A stretch of 64,000 bases of DNA from a virus, in the IMG/VR virus record IMGVR_UViG_3300048574_000462, positions 32,662 through 96,661 of that record, one strand, 5' to 3'. Shown here piece after piece: positions 30,491 to 38,627 of this stretch; the stretch's first letter is position 1, and every line of letters starts with the position of its first letter. The notes under the pieces are model-generated. The model was not told the DNA's origin. It was given only the letters and a program-made list of their open reading frames with translations, and ran no database searches. The translations under genes were made by a program, and so were the position numbers.

Positions 30491-30616
30491 CGATTCGCAA
30501 CGTGGCCGCACAGGCGCCCTTGACGCGGGTCGGGTGCGCGCAACCGGGTTCGTCCCTCAAGCACCACAATCAGCGCCCACGTGGCGCGACAGGCGCAAGA
30601 TTTCAAAGCCCCATAA

Positions 30617-30651
30617 ACGACAAAACCGCTCTCAAGTGAGCGGTTTTTCGT
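30617..30651. terminator. Bidirectional terminator between convergent operons
   Basis: AAAACCGCTC-tcaagt-GAGCGGTTTTT. Confidence 0.75.
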
Positions 30652-30677
30652 CATGGTCGGAGCCAACGCGGCTGGGT

Positions 30678-31124
30678 TCATCTTGGTGTACGCGCCAGGC
30701 TGCGCAGCAGCGCGGGCTCCAGGACCTTCTCGATTTCGGAGCGGAATCCCAGCGCTTGGTACGCCCGCCGGATGCCCTCGTAGTAATCCCGGGTCGGCGG
30801 CGCGATGCGCTTCTGGTTCATCAGGTAGATCATCCCCTTGATTTCAGAGCCGTCTGTCATGTGCACCGTGCGCTCCGCCTTGATGTAGTAGCTAGGGTAG
30901 CCTTCATAGCGGTCGAGCCGCTGTTCGTCCGCTTCGTTGATCTCCCAGACCGCCACTGGCACACGGGTGGGCGCGGCCTTGATTTGAGAGCGCTCAACCG
31001 TTGCGTGAAGGTAGAACTCCAGCCGCGCGCCGGGCAGGTACCCCATGCCGATAAGCCGGGCGCCCGGGCAGCGGTACGCCATCTGTTCCTGGACCATGTT
31101 GGAGCCGTAAGCGATGTACCTCAT
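30678..31124 (-). CDS. Gamma-glutamylcyclotransferase (AIG2-like)
   Basis: YIAYGSNM...QM..RCP and LDRYEGYP motifs. Confidence 0.9.
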   Translation of the reverse strand: MRYIAYGSNMVQEQMAYRCPGARLIGMGYLPGARLEFYLHATVERSQIKAAPTRVPVAVWEINEADEQRLDRYEGYPSYYIKAERTVHMTDGSEIKGMIYLMNQKRIAPPTRDYYEGIRRAYQALGFRSEIEKVLEPALLRSLARTPR

Positions 31125-31161
31125 TCGTGTTCCTCCTCAACTCGATTTGAAACCGGTATGC

Positions 31162-31386
31162 TCAGCGGCTCCGTACGATGGTCAGCTGGTACTCGCGGCC
31201 GTTCGGCAGGCTGATGACCAGCCCCTTGTCGTTCGTCATCACGCCGCCCTCAGCAAAGGTCTGCACCCGAAGGTTCTCCCAGCACACGTCCTCCGCTGTG
31301 CGGTAGTCGCCGTCCTGGGCGATCATCTCCCGCAGGCCGTCCTGCAACACCTCTTCGAAGTCCTGTTCGTTCTCGAGCTCGTACAT
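31162..31386 (-). CDS. Small acidic phage protein
   Basis: TF.E.GVMT.DKGLVI.L.NG.EYQLTIV; AAAGGAGG RBS. Confidence 0.75.
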   Translation of the reverse strand: MYELENEQDFEEVLQDGLREMIAQDGDYRTAEDVCWENLRVQTFAEGGVMTNDKGLVISLPNGREYQLTIVRSR

Positions 31387-31426
31387 CTGTGTGGTCCTCC
31401 TTTATATTTGGGAGCTCTACCAGCTT

Positions 31427-31484
31427 CCCGCGACCGGCGATGTGCCGGTTTCGGGCCGTAGCCAGCGGCCCATCGTCAGGCGGG
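31427..31484 (-). ncRNA. Type I hammerhead ribozyme (HH-B)
   Basis: CCCGC-CUGACGA-U-GGGCCG(cuggcua)CGGCCC-GAA-ACCGGC(acauc)GCCGGU-C^-GCGGG; predicted cut after 31432. Confidence 0.85.
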
Positions 31485-31490
31485 CTTGAT

Positions 31491-31886
31491 TCAAAAGCTG
31501 GTTGGGGCGAAAAGCGCGATGTAGTCGTGTGCAGCCTTGGATAGGGTTTTCAAGTCCGCGTCGGTCGGTTGGCCGTACCAGTCCGGCTTACCCTGGTACA
31601 CCCAGATGTGCGGGGTCTTCATGTCACCGCCAGGCGTACGAATGGAGGCGAAGTGGTCTTGATTCCGAAGCAGGAGTGTGTCGACCTTGCCCTCGGTGCG
31701 GTTCAGAATGGTGACCTGCAGGGCCTCGTATTTATCCGCTGTGCCGGTGGTGACGAACTCGATGCGCGCCCGGATTTGCTCGTCCAGCGGCAGGAATGCT
31801 GCGCGGCCGACGTAGACGGGGCTGGTTGATTTGAAAGCCGTGGTCCTGCCAGTGAGCGTCCGGAGCTGCTTTTCAAAGAAGTTCAT
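31491..31886 (-). CDS. Hypothetical phage protein (MNFFEKQL...)
   Basis: GAGGAGG RBS before ATG 31886; ILNR.EGKVD and PHIW motifs; the longer ORF-track start overlaps the amidoligase. Confidence 0.75.
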   Translation of the reverse strand: MNFFEKQLRTLTGRTTAFKSTSPVYVGRAAFLPLDEQIRARIEFVTTGTADKYEALQVTILNRTEGKVDTLLLRNQDHFASIRTPGGDMKTPHIWVYQGKPDWYGQPTDADLKTLSKAAHDYIALFAPTSF

Positions 31887-31925
31887 GGTGTTCCTCCTCA
31901 AAATGATTTCATAGCTTGCGGCCTT

Positions 31926-31978
31926 CCCGCGACGCGTTTTGCGTTTCGGCCCGGAGCCGCCGGGCCTCATCAGGCGGG
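31926..31978 (-). ncRNA. Type I hammerhead ribozyme (HH-A)
   Basis: CCCGC-CUGAUGA-GGCCCGG(cggcu)CCGGGCC-GAA-ACGC(aaaac)GCGU-C^-GCGGG; canonical core; predicted cut after 31931. Confidence 0.92.
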
Positions 31979-32002
31979 TGTGCTTGATTTGAAACCGGTG
32001 TG

Positions 32003-32869
32003 TCAGCTCGCCTGTCTCCAGGCAGCGTTGCCGGGCAGGTGCTTGAGCAGGTGTTCGCGGGCGGTCGCGAACTCGTCGCCGATGAACCCCAGCCGGAGCA
32101 GCCAGCACCGGAAGGTGTACTTGGGGTTGTCCGTCTCCGGGCGGCGTGGCGAGGCCGAACTTGATTCCAAAGCCTGGTGGGAAATCGCCAGGCTCAGTTG
32201 GATGAAAGCCTTGATTTCGCCCGCGTGGAGTGTGCTGTTGAAGGCCCGGAACTCGACGGTGCCCTTTTGGAACACCGAGTGGAGGTTCAAAAGGTGGTAC
32301 CGGCTGTGGTCGTAGTGCTCGTGGGCATGGCGCTCCCAGTTCCGATCGTCGTACCACACCCGGGCGATCTCGGGGAGGGTTTTCGGCTTGAGCCGGTTCA
32401 GCCTCGCGAGGAAGCCCGCGTCCACCGGCTGGCACCAGCGTGTGCGGCGTTCCGGCGAGATCTGCAGCGCCTGGGTCAGCAGGTCCTCCTTGGCGTTGAC
32501 GATGTTCACCAGATTTCGGAGCGTTTTCGGGGTGTGGCTTCCCAGCCCGATGTGCACGTGGATCCCGCAGCTCTCGTGTGCCTTGGCGCCGGCCCGGCGG
32601 AGCTTGCGCACCAGTTCCTGGACCGTCTCGATGTCCGCCCACCGGCAGATTGGGCTGACCAGCTCGGTGCGCTCCTCATACGGGCCGGCGATGCTGGCGT
32701 CCGAGACCAGCTTCCAAGGCCGGCCTTCCGGGTCGTACACCGCCCAGGTGTCGTAGCTCCCGCCCACGTGGGTGGGTCGGATGTCAAAGTGTGCGGCGAT
32801 GACCTCCGCGGCCTTCGCCCGGGTGATGCCGTTCATCTCGATTTCGATACCAAAGGTCTGGTCCTTCAT
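32003..32869 (-). CDS. Putative amidoligase (Amidoligase_2 family)
   Basis: FGIEIE, WKLVSDASI, ELVSP, SCGIHVH, RY..LNL and TVEFR.FN motifs. Confidence 0.92.
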   Translation of the reverse strand: MKDQTFGIEIEMNGITRAKAAEVIAAHFDIRPTHVGGSYDTWAVYDPEGRPWKLVSDASIAGPYEERTELVSPICRWADIETVQELVRKLRRAGAKAHESCGIHVHIGLGSHTPKTLRNLVNIVNAKEDLLTQALQISPERRTRWCQPVDAGFLARLNRLKPKTLPEIARVWYDDRNWERHAHEHYDHSRYHLLNLHSVFQKGTVEFRAFNSTLHAGEIKAFIQLSLAISHQALESSSASPRRPETDNPKYTFRCWLLRLGFIGDEFATAREHLLKHLPGNAAWRQAS

Positions 32870-32897
32870 GGCGGTTTCCTCCTGTGTGTGCTCGGGC

Positions 32898-33269
32898 TCA
32901 GCGCGTGACCCGGCGGGCGGCGGCCGCGGCTTTGCGGGCTTTTCCGGCGGCGACGTAGGCCCGGCCGTGTGCCTGCATGGCGGCTTCCAGAAGGTCGGCG
33001 TCCTCGTCGTCCGACCCCAGGTCGGCCGGGATCTCGTCGGCCAGGAGCTCGGCGGTGTCGGCCGCAACCGCGGCGTGGAGCGCAGCCTGCTCGGCGGCGG
33101 CCCGGTACAGCCGGGCGGCGTTGGTGGCGGCGACCAGGGCGGCTTCGGCCTCGGCGGCTTCGCGGGCGGCCCGGTCGGCCCGTTCGGCGGCGGCCTCGGC
33201 CTGGGCGGCGGCCCGGAGCGCGTCCCGGGTGGCGGTGTGGAAGGCGGCCCTTTCAGCGCAGGTGGTCAT
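32898..33269 (-). CDS. Ala-rich coiled-coil hypothetical protein, first gene of the leftward operon
   Basis: AAAGGGG RBS then ATG 33269; about 80% GC; ends just before the amidoligase RBS. Confidence 0.55.
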   Translation of the reverse strand: MTTCAERAAFHTATRDALRAAAQAEAAAERADRAAREAAEAEAALVAATNAARLYRAAAEQAALHAAVAADTAELLADEIPADLGSDDEDADLLEAAMQAHGRAYVAAGKARKAAAAARRVTR

Positions 33270-33500
33270 GGGGTACCCCTTTCGGCCCGGCGGCTTGACC
33301 CGCCCGCGGCGGCGGCCCGGTTTGCGGCCGCGACACATTCATCGCTCGGCCCGGCCGGAAACGCAAGATAACAAACGCCGTCGTTTTTGCGTCGTTTGCG
33401 ATACGTCGCCCGACTCACGCGCTATAGAGGAAGCGCGCGCCACCGCCCGCCCAAACCCCGCCCGGCCGCCCGGAAAAACCCCGCCGGCTTTCGCACGCCG

Positions 33501-33848
33501 CTTCAGAGAAGTCCGACGGGCGCGGTGGACTTTCGGGGTTTGCTTTGGAGAAGTCCCACCGGCGCGGTGGACTTTCGGAGTTTGCTTTGGAGAAGTCCGA
33601 CCAGCCCGGTGGACTTTGGCGCTCCGCTTCGGAGAAGTCCGACGGGCACGGTCGGCTTTCGGACTGTGCTTGGGAGAAGTCCGACCAGCCTGATGGACTT
33701 TCGCGCTCCGCTTCGGAGAAGTCCGACCAGCCTGGTGGACTTTTGCGCTCCGCTTCGGGGAAGTCCCACCCGAACGGTGGACTTTTACGCTCCGCTTCGG
33801 AGAAGTCCGACCAGCTTGATGGACTTTCGCGCTCCGCTTCGGTGAAGT
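33501..33848. repeat. Tandem array of eight 42-bp palindromic units plus a partial ninth
   Basis: Units start at 33501, 33543, 33585, 33627, 33669, 33711, 33753, 33795 and 33837; consensus CTTCGGAG-AAGTCC-N12-GGACTT-N10. Confidence 0.95.
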
Positions 33849-33935
33849 GTCCCGGGGGAGGGGGGATCGGATCTCTACAAACCTCTCGCTGGAGACCGCG
33901 GCCCTCTCTCATGTGAATTTTCGCGAAATTGGAGC
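33849..33935 (+). other. Putative cos/packaging initiation region
   Basis: CCCGGGGGAGGGGGGATC..ATCTCTAC...GAGACCGCGGCCC...TTTTCGCGAAATT resembles the sequence upstream of packaging genes in HNH/P27-TerS Firmicutes phages. Confidence 0.65.
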
Positions 33936-34066
33936 CGATTTTTTTAGGCCGGAGCCGACGTTTTTGCTGCTATTGTTGATGAAAGAACGTTAGCTCAGCG
34001 CGAAAAGCTCCCCAAATCGGCGTTTGAAGTGCTCAAATCGACTACTGACGATACGGAGGAACCAGG

Positions 34067-35386
34067 ATGGCGATAGAAAGAACCGGCAAGCATCCCTCCG
34101 GACTGCGCGTGGATATGAACATCCAGCGCGTCCCGGTAGACAAACTCAAGCCCGCAAAATACAATCCCCGAAAAGATCTCAAGCCCGGCGACCCGGCCTA
34201 TGAGAAGATCCGGCGGTCGCTGCACGATTTCGGCTACGTGGATCCCATCATCTGGAATGAGGTCACGGGGAATATCGTAGGGGGACACCAGCGTCAAAAA
34301 ATCCTTGTAGCGGAAGGTGCCACCGAACTTGACTGCGTGGTGGTCCATATTGAAAACCCCGATGATGAAAAGGCGCTCAATATCGCGCTGAATAAGGCGG
34401 TCGGCGAATGGGAACCGGAAGCACTGGTTGACCTGCTGGAAGAACTGCAGGCGGCAGGATACGACCTTGATGCCACCGGGTTTGACGCGGCCGAGGTAGA
34501 CGACCTGTTCTCCAGCGTTCACGACAAGAACGTAAAAGAGGACGACTTCGACTTGACCGCTGCGCTTGAGCAGGCCGCCTTCGTGGAGAAAGGTGATGTA
34601 TGGCAGCTCGGTAAGCACCGGCTGCTCTGCGGCGACGCCACCAGCGAGGAGGATGCGCTGCGCCTCATGAACGGGGCCAAGGCCAATCTTGTGGCGACCG
34701 ATCCGCCTTATGGGGTCGCGTTTGAGAGTTCAGGTGGCCTGAAAATCATGAACGACGCGTTGGGCGGAGAAGAGTTTTACGCATTCCTGCTATCTGCCTT
34801 CCGGACCATGGTGAAATGCCTGGACAAAAACGGCTCCGCGTATGTGTTCCACGCGGATACCGAAGGCCTGGCTTTCCGAAAGGCGTTCATAGAGGCGGGC
34901 TTTCATTTGAGCGGCGTGTGTATCTGGGCGAAGAACGCGCCGGTGCTGGGGCGCTCCCCGTTCCAATGGAAGCATGAGCCCGTGCTATATGGCTGGCTGA
35001 AGGGTGGGACTCACCGCTGGTACGCGGGGCGCGGCGAATCCACCATCTGGAACTTTGATAAGCCCAGCAGAAACACCGATCACCCCACCTCAAAGCCTGT
35101 TGAGCTGATGGCCTATCCCATCGGAATCTCCTGCCCTGTGAATGGCATCGTGATCGACTTCTTCGGCGGCAGCGGGTCAACGCTCATGGCTTGTCAGGAG
35201 ACGGACCGGATCTGCTATATGATGGAGCTGGACCCCAAGTACGCCAGCGTCATTCTTCGCAGGTACGCCCAGAGCTATGGGGAGGCAGGCATCGTCTGTG
35301 AGAGAAACGGCCGACAGCTTCCCTTCGGCGAACTTGTAAAACAAGTCGAGCGCCCGGAAAAAGGCGGCATGGAGGAAAGCACGTAA
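34067..35386 (+). CDS. ParB/Srx N-terminal domain fused to a DNA amino-methyltransferase
   Basis: YNPRK...VGGHQR; TDPPY; HPT.KPV; DFFGGSGST. Confidence 0.9.
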   Translation: MAIERTGKHPSGLRVDMNIQRVPVDKLKPAKYNPRKDLKPGDPAYEKIRRSLHDFGYVDPIIWNEVTGNIVGGHQRQKILVAEGATELDCVVVHIENPDDEKALNIALNKAVGEWEPEALVDLLEELQAAGYDLDATGFDAAEVDDLFSSVHDKNVKEDDFDLTAALEQAAFVEKGDVWQLGKHRLLCGDATSEEDALRLMNGAKANLVATDPPYGVAFESSGGLKIMNDALGGEEFYAFLLSAFRTMVKCLDKNGSAYVFHADTEGLAFRKAFIEAGFHLSGVCIWAKNAPVLGRSPFQWKHEPVLYGWLKGGTHRWYAGRGESTIWNFDKPSRNTDHPTSKPVELMAYPIGISCPVNGIVIDFFGGSGSTLMACQETDRICYMMELDPKYASVILRRYAQSYGEAGIVCERNGRQLPFGELVKQVERPEKGGMEEST

Positions 35387-35433
35387 TCTTAGCGGGCTGT
35401 CAGCCTCCGCATCGGGACAGGAGGTGAAGACAA

Positions 35434-35988
35434 GTGGCGAAGCGAGGCCGAAAGCCGAAACCTACGGCGCTGAAGAAGCTGGAAGGGAATCCCGGCAAGC
35501 GGCAGCTGAACGATTATGAACCACTGCCGCCCACCTCGATGCTCAGGTGTCCGAACTACCTGCTGCCGGAAGCCAAAAAAGAATGGCGCAGGCTTGCGCC
35601 CGCGCTGATTGATATGGGGGTGCTGACGGTTGCGGACGCCGTGCCATTCGCCGCGTACTGCACCGCCTTCGCCCGGTGGCGAGAAGCCGAAGACTTTATC
35701 ACCAAGCACGGCGCCATCTACAAGGACCCGAAGGGCTTTGCCCGCCCCAACCCGTATGTGGCGATCGCGGCGCATCAGCTGCGGGAGATCAAGTCGTTGG
35801 CGGCCGAGTTCGGGCTGACTCCGGCCAACCGCACGGCGATCATCGCCAACGCACTGAGCATCGCCAGGGGCGTCAAGGACCCAATGGAACAGATCCTGAC
35901 GTCAAGCCTGGATGACACCATTGTGGTAGAAGGCGGCAGCAACTTTCTTGAGGATGATCCCGACGATACAAGAGAAGGAGGCGAGTGA
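35434..35988 (+). CDS. terS: Terminase small subunit, P27 family
   Basis: RGRKPKPTALKKLEGNPGKR, AK.EW.RL, AAYC and EFGLTP..R motifs. Confidence 0.92.
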   Translation: MAKRGRKPKPTALKKLEGNPGKRQLNDYEPLPPTSMLRCPNYLLPEAKKEWRRLAPALIDMGVLTVADAVPFAAYCTAFARWREAEDFITKHGAIYKDPKGFARPNPYVAIAAHQLREIKSLAAEFGLTPANRTAIIANALSIARGVKDPMEQILTSSLDDTIVVEGGSNFLEDDPDDTREGGE

Positions 35989-36470
35989 TGGTGCAAAACG
36001 CACAGAACGGCTGGAGTCCGGCGATTGAAGCCATGCACGCCCAGGGCATAAGAGTATTGCTCGTATTCGGAACAGAAACAGAGGAAAACCGCGCGAAACT
36101 GGCGGACGCATGCAGGAATATCGAGTGCATTGAAAAGATCGAGCTTCGTCTCAAAGAACTGCTCGAGGCTTGCGAACTTGCGGCGTTTACCGGCAAAGCA
36201 TGGCAGGACGCTCAGAAGCAGATGAATTGTCTTTTCAAGCGCACCCGCAAGTTCCAGCGGGATACCTATGAATTTGGTTGGTCTCCGCTTGCCCGGGTAC
36301 TTCTCGTCCAGAAGTATCGCCGCCTGAAGCTCCGGGATCAGAAGGAAGTGTCTGAAAACAACCCGATGGAGCGCTTTCTGCGCGAACACTGTACGCTGGG
36401 CATGGATCCGCAGGACCCGACGGCAGATGCGCAAGATCCGCTGGAGACGCTGCTAAATGACGAGTGGTAA
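35985..36470 (+). CDS. Diverged TerS-like paralogue
   Basis: LADAC~FAAYC, EFGWSPLAR~EFGLTPANR, NPMERFL~DPMEQIL; lies between terS and terL. Confidence 0.55.
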   Translation: MMVQNAQNGWSPAIEAMHAQGIRVLLVFGTETEENRAKLADACRNIECIEKIELRLKELLEACELAAFTGKAWQDAQKQMNCLFKRTRKFQRDTYEFGWSPLARVLLVQKYRRLKLRDQKEVSENNPMERFLREHCTLGMDPQDPTADAQDPLETLLNDEW

Positions 36471-38082
36471 GGCGCGTACGGATGCGCAGGGGAAGAAGCA
36501 AGTGTACGTGCCCACCCGCTTCATGCTGCCCACTTCCAGTTACGACAAGCGCCGCGCGGACCGCGCTGTCGGGTTCATCCAAGGCCTGAAGCACACCAAG
36601 GGCGTCTGGTCGGGTAAGCCGTTCCTTCTCTTTCCATGGCAAGAACAGATCATCCGCGACCTTTACGGCACGGTCAAGGAGAACGGCTACCGGCAGTTCA
36701 ACACGGCATTTGTTGAGATCTGTAAGAAGGCCGGGAAGAGCGAGCTGGCCGCGGCCATTGCGCTGTACATGCTCTGCGCTGACAACGAGGATGGCGCGGA
36801 GATCTACGGCTGCGCCAATGATCGCCAGCAGGCGAGCATCGTATTTGAAGTGGCGAAAGATATGGTGTTGCAGTCTCCGATCCTTCTGGAGCGCATCAAG
36901 ATTGTGGAATCACAAAAGCGCCTGGTATACATGCCGACGCGCAGCATCTACCAGGCGCTTTCGAGTGATGTGGCTTCCAAGTATGGCTACAATGTCCATG
37001 CCTGCATCTTTGATGAATTGCTCGGCCAGCCCAACCGAAAACTGTTTGACGTCATGACCAAGGGCGCGGGTGCCGCGCGCAAGCAGCCGCTGAACTTCGT
37101 CATCACGACAGCCGGTTCCGACCGGACCAGCATCTGCTATGAAGTGCACGCCAAGGCGATGGATCTGTTGGAGGGGCGCAAGAGCGACCCCACCTTCTAC
37201 CCGGTGGTGTACAGCGCTCCGGACACCGCGGACTGGACGGATCCAAAGGTTTGGAGTAAGGCCAATCCCTCGCTCGGGCGCACGGTGGACATGGACTACT
37301 ACATGGCCCGATGCGAGAGCGCCAAGGAGAACCCCGCCGAGGAGATCCAATTTCGACAGTTCCACCTTTGCCAGTGGACGAACACATCCGTCCGATGGAT
37401 GCCCATGGACAAGTGGGATGCGTGCAAAAGCGAGTTCGCGGCATCTCAACTAGAAGGCAGAGTGTGTTATGCCGGGCTCGACCTTGCCAGCACCAGTGAC
37501 TTGACGGCGCTGGTGCTCGTTTTCCCGCCTGAGAATGAGAGCGAACCTTATGTTGTGCTGCCCTTCTTCTGGCTGCCAAAGGAAACCTTGCAGCTTCGTG
37601 TGCGGCGCGATCATGTGATGTACGATGTGTGGGAGAAGCAGGGGTTCATCCAAACCACCGAGGGCAACGTTGTCCATTACGGGTTCATTGAGCAGTTCAT
37701 CATGAAGTTGGGCGAACGGTACAACATCCGAGAGATCGCCTACGACCGGTGGAACGCCAGCATGATGGTGCAGGCGCTGGAAGATGATGGGTTCACCATG
37801 GTCCCCTTCGGCCAGGGCTTTAAGGACATGAGCAGCCCTACGAAAGACCTGATGCGTCTAGTGCTGGAAAAGAGCCTGACCCACGATGGACATCCCTTGC
37901 TTCGCTGGAACATAGATAACATCTTTGTCCGTACCGACCCCGCCGGGAACCTGAAAATCGACAAGGAAAAGTCGACCGAAAAAGTGGACGGCGCGGTCGC
38001 GCTGGTGATGGCGCTGGATCGGGCGATGAAGAACCAGAACGGCGGCTCCGTTTATGATGAACGCGGACTGCTCTTCATCTGA
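36457..38082 (+). CDS. terL: Terminase large subunit
   Basis: KKAGKSELAA, IFDEL, GLDL.ST.DLTA and KVDGAVA motifs. Confidence 0.95.
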   Translation: MTSGKARTDAQGKKQVYVPTRFMLPTSSYDKRRADRAVGFIQGLKHTKGVWSGKPFLLFPWQEQIIRDLYGTVKENGYRQFNTAFVEICKKAGKSELAAAIALYMLCADNEDGAEIYGCANDRQQASIVFEVAKDMVLQSPILLERIKIVESQKRLVYMPTRSIYQALSSDVASKYGYNVHACIFDELLGQPNRKLFDVMTKGAGAARKQPLNFVITTAGSDRTSICYEVHAKAMDLLEGRKSDPTFYPVVYSAPDTADWTDPKVWSKANPSLGRTVDMDYYMARCESAKENPAEEIQFRQFHLCQWTNTSVRWMPMDKWDACKSEFAASQLEGRVCYAGLDLASTSDLTALVLVFPPENESEPYVVLPFFWLPKETLQLRVRRDHVMYDVWEKQGFIQTTEGNVVHYGFIEQFIMKLGERYNIREIAYDRWNASMMVQALEDDGFTMVPFGQGFKDMSSPTKDLMRLVLEKSLTHDGHPLLRWNIDNIFVRTDPAGNLKIDKEKSTEKVDGAVALVMALDRAMKNQNGGSVYDERGLLFI

Positions 38083-38110
38083 TCTCTTCATCTATATAGG
38101 GGGGATTTGC

Positions 38111-38437
38111 ATGCCGAGAAAACCGAAGCGTCCTTGCCGGTATCCCGGCTGCCCCAATCTAGGTGAAGAGCCCTATTGTGAGCAGCATCGTGGATTATAT
38201 GTGCGAGAGAGCGCGGCGGCGCGTGGATACAACAGCAAATGGCAGGCGGCGCGGAAGCGCTATCTGCGTGCGCATCCTCTTTGTGTGAAATGCCAATGTC
38301 AAGGAAAGCTGACCCCAGCCACCGTAATCGACCATATCATCCCGCACCGTGGCGATGATAAATTATTCTGGGATCAAAAAAACTGGCAACCCCTCTGCAA
38401 AGGTTGCCATGACCGGAAGACCGGCGGCGGACTGTAG
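38111..38437 (+). CDS. HNH endonuclease (terminase cofactor type)
   Basis: PLCVKC...DHIIPH.GD..LFWD..NWQPLCK.CH.RKT. Confidence 0.92.
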   Translation: MPRKPKRPCRYPGCPNLGEEPYCEQHRGLYVRESAAARGYNSKWQAARKRYLRAHPLCVKCQCQGKLTPATVIDHIIPHRGDDKLFWDQKNWQPLCKGCHDRKTGGGL

Positions 38438-38627
38438 TGGTCGCTTCTCCATCTGGCAATCCAAGTCTGTGTATTCCCCTGGATTAGCGCTATGACCTCC
38501 TTGCGCAATGATGCACCCTCTTTACTTGTAAAGATAAGTCGGATACAATATGTGCAGTGGAAAACTGGAATTTACATACCTTTAGGTGGCATTGTATCCA
38601 TGGAATTTCATCTAGAGGAGGATGGAA

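Noticed and set aside
31887-32642. 383-aa extended ORF 31491..32642
   Set aside because: The upstream part overlaps the amidoligase and the ribozyme; the real start is 31886, which has a strong RBS.
33501-33848. CRISPR array
   Set aside because: There are no unique 25-45 nt spacers, the variable parts resemble each other, and no cas genes are present. DUF2800 is a routine phage nuclease.
33387-33916. ORFs with 14-aa repeats across the array
   Set aside because: They are open in several frames on both strands because of the GC-rich 42-bp period, and have no convincing RBS.
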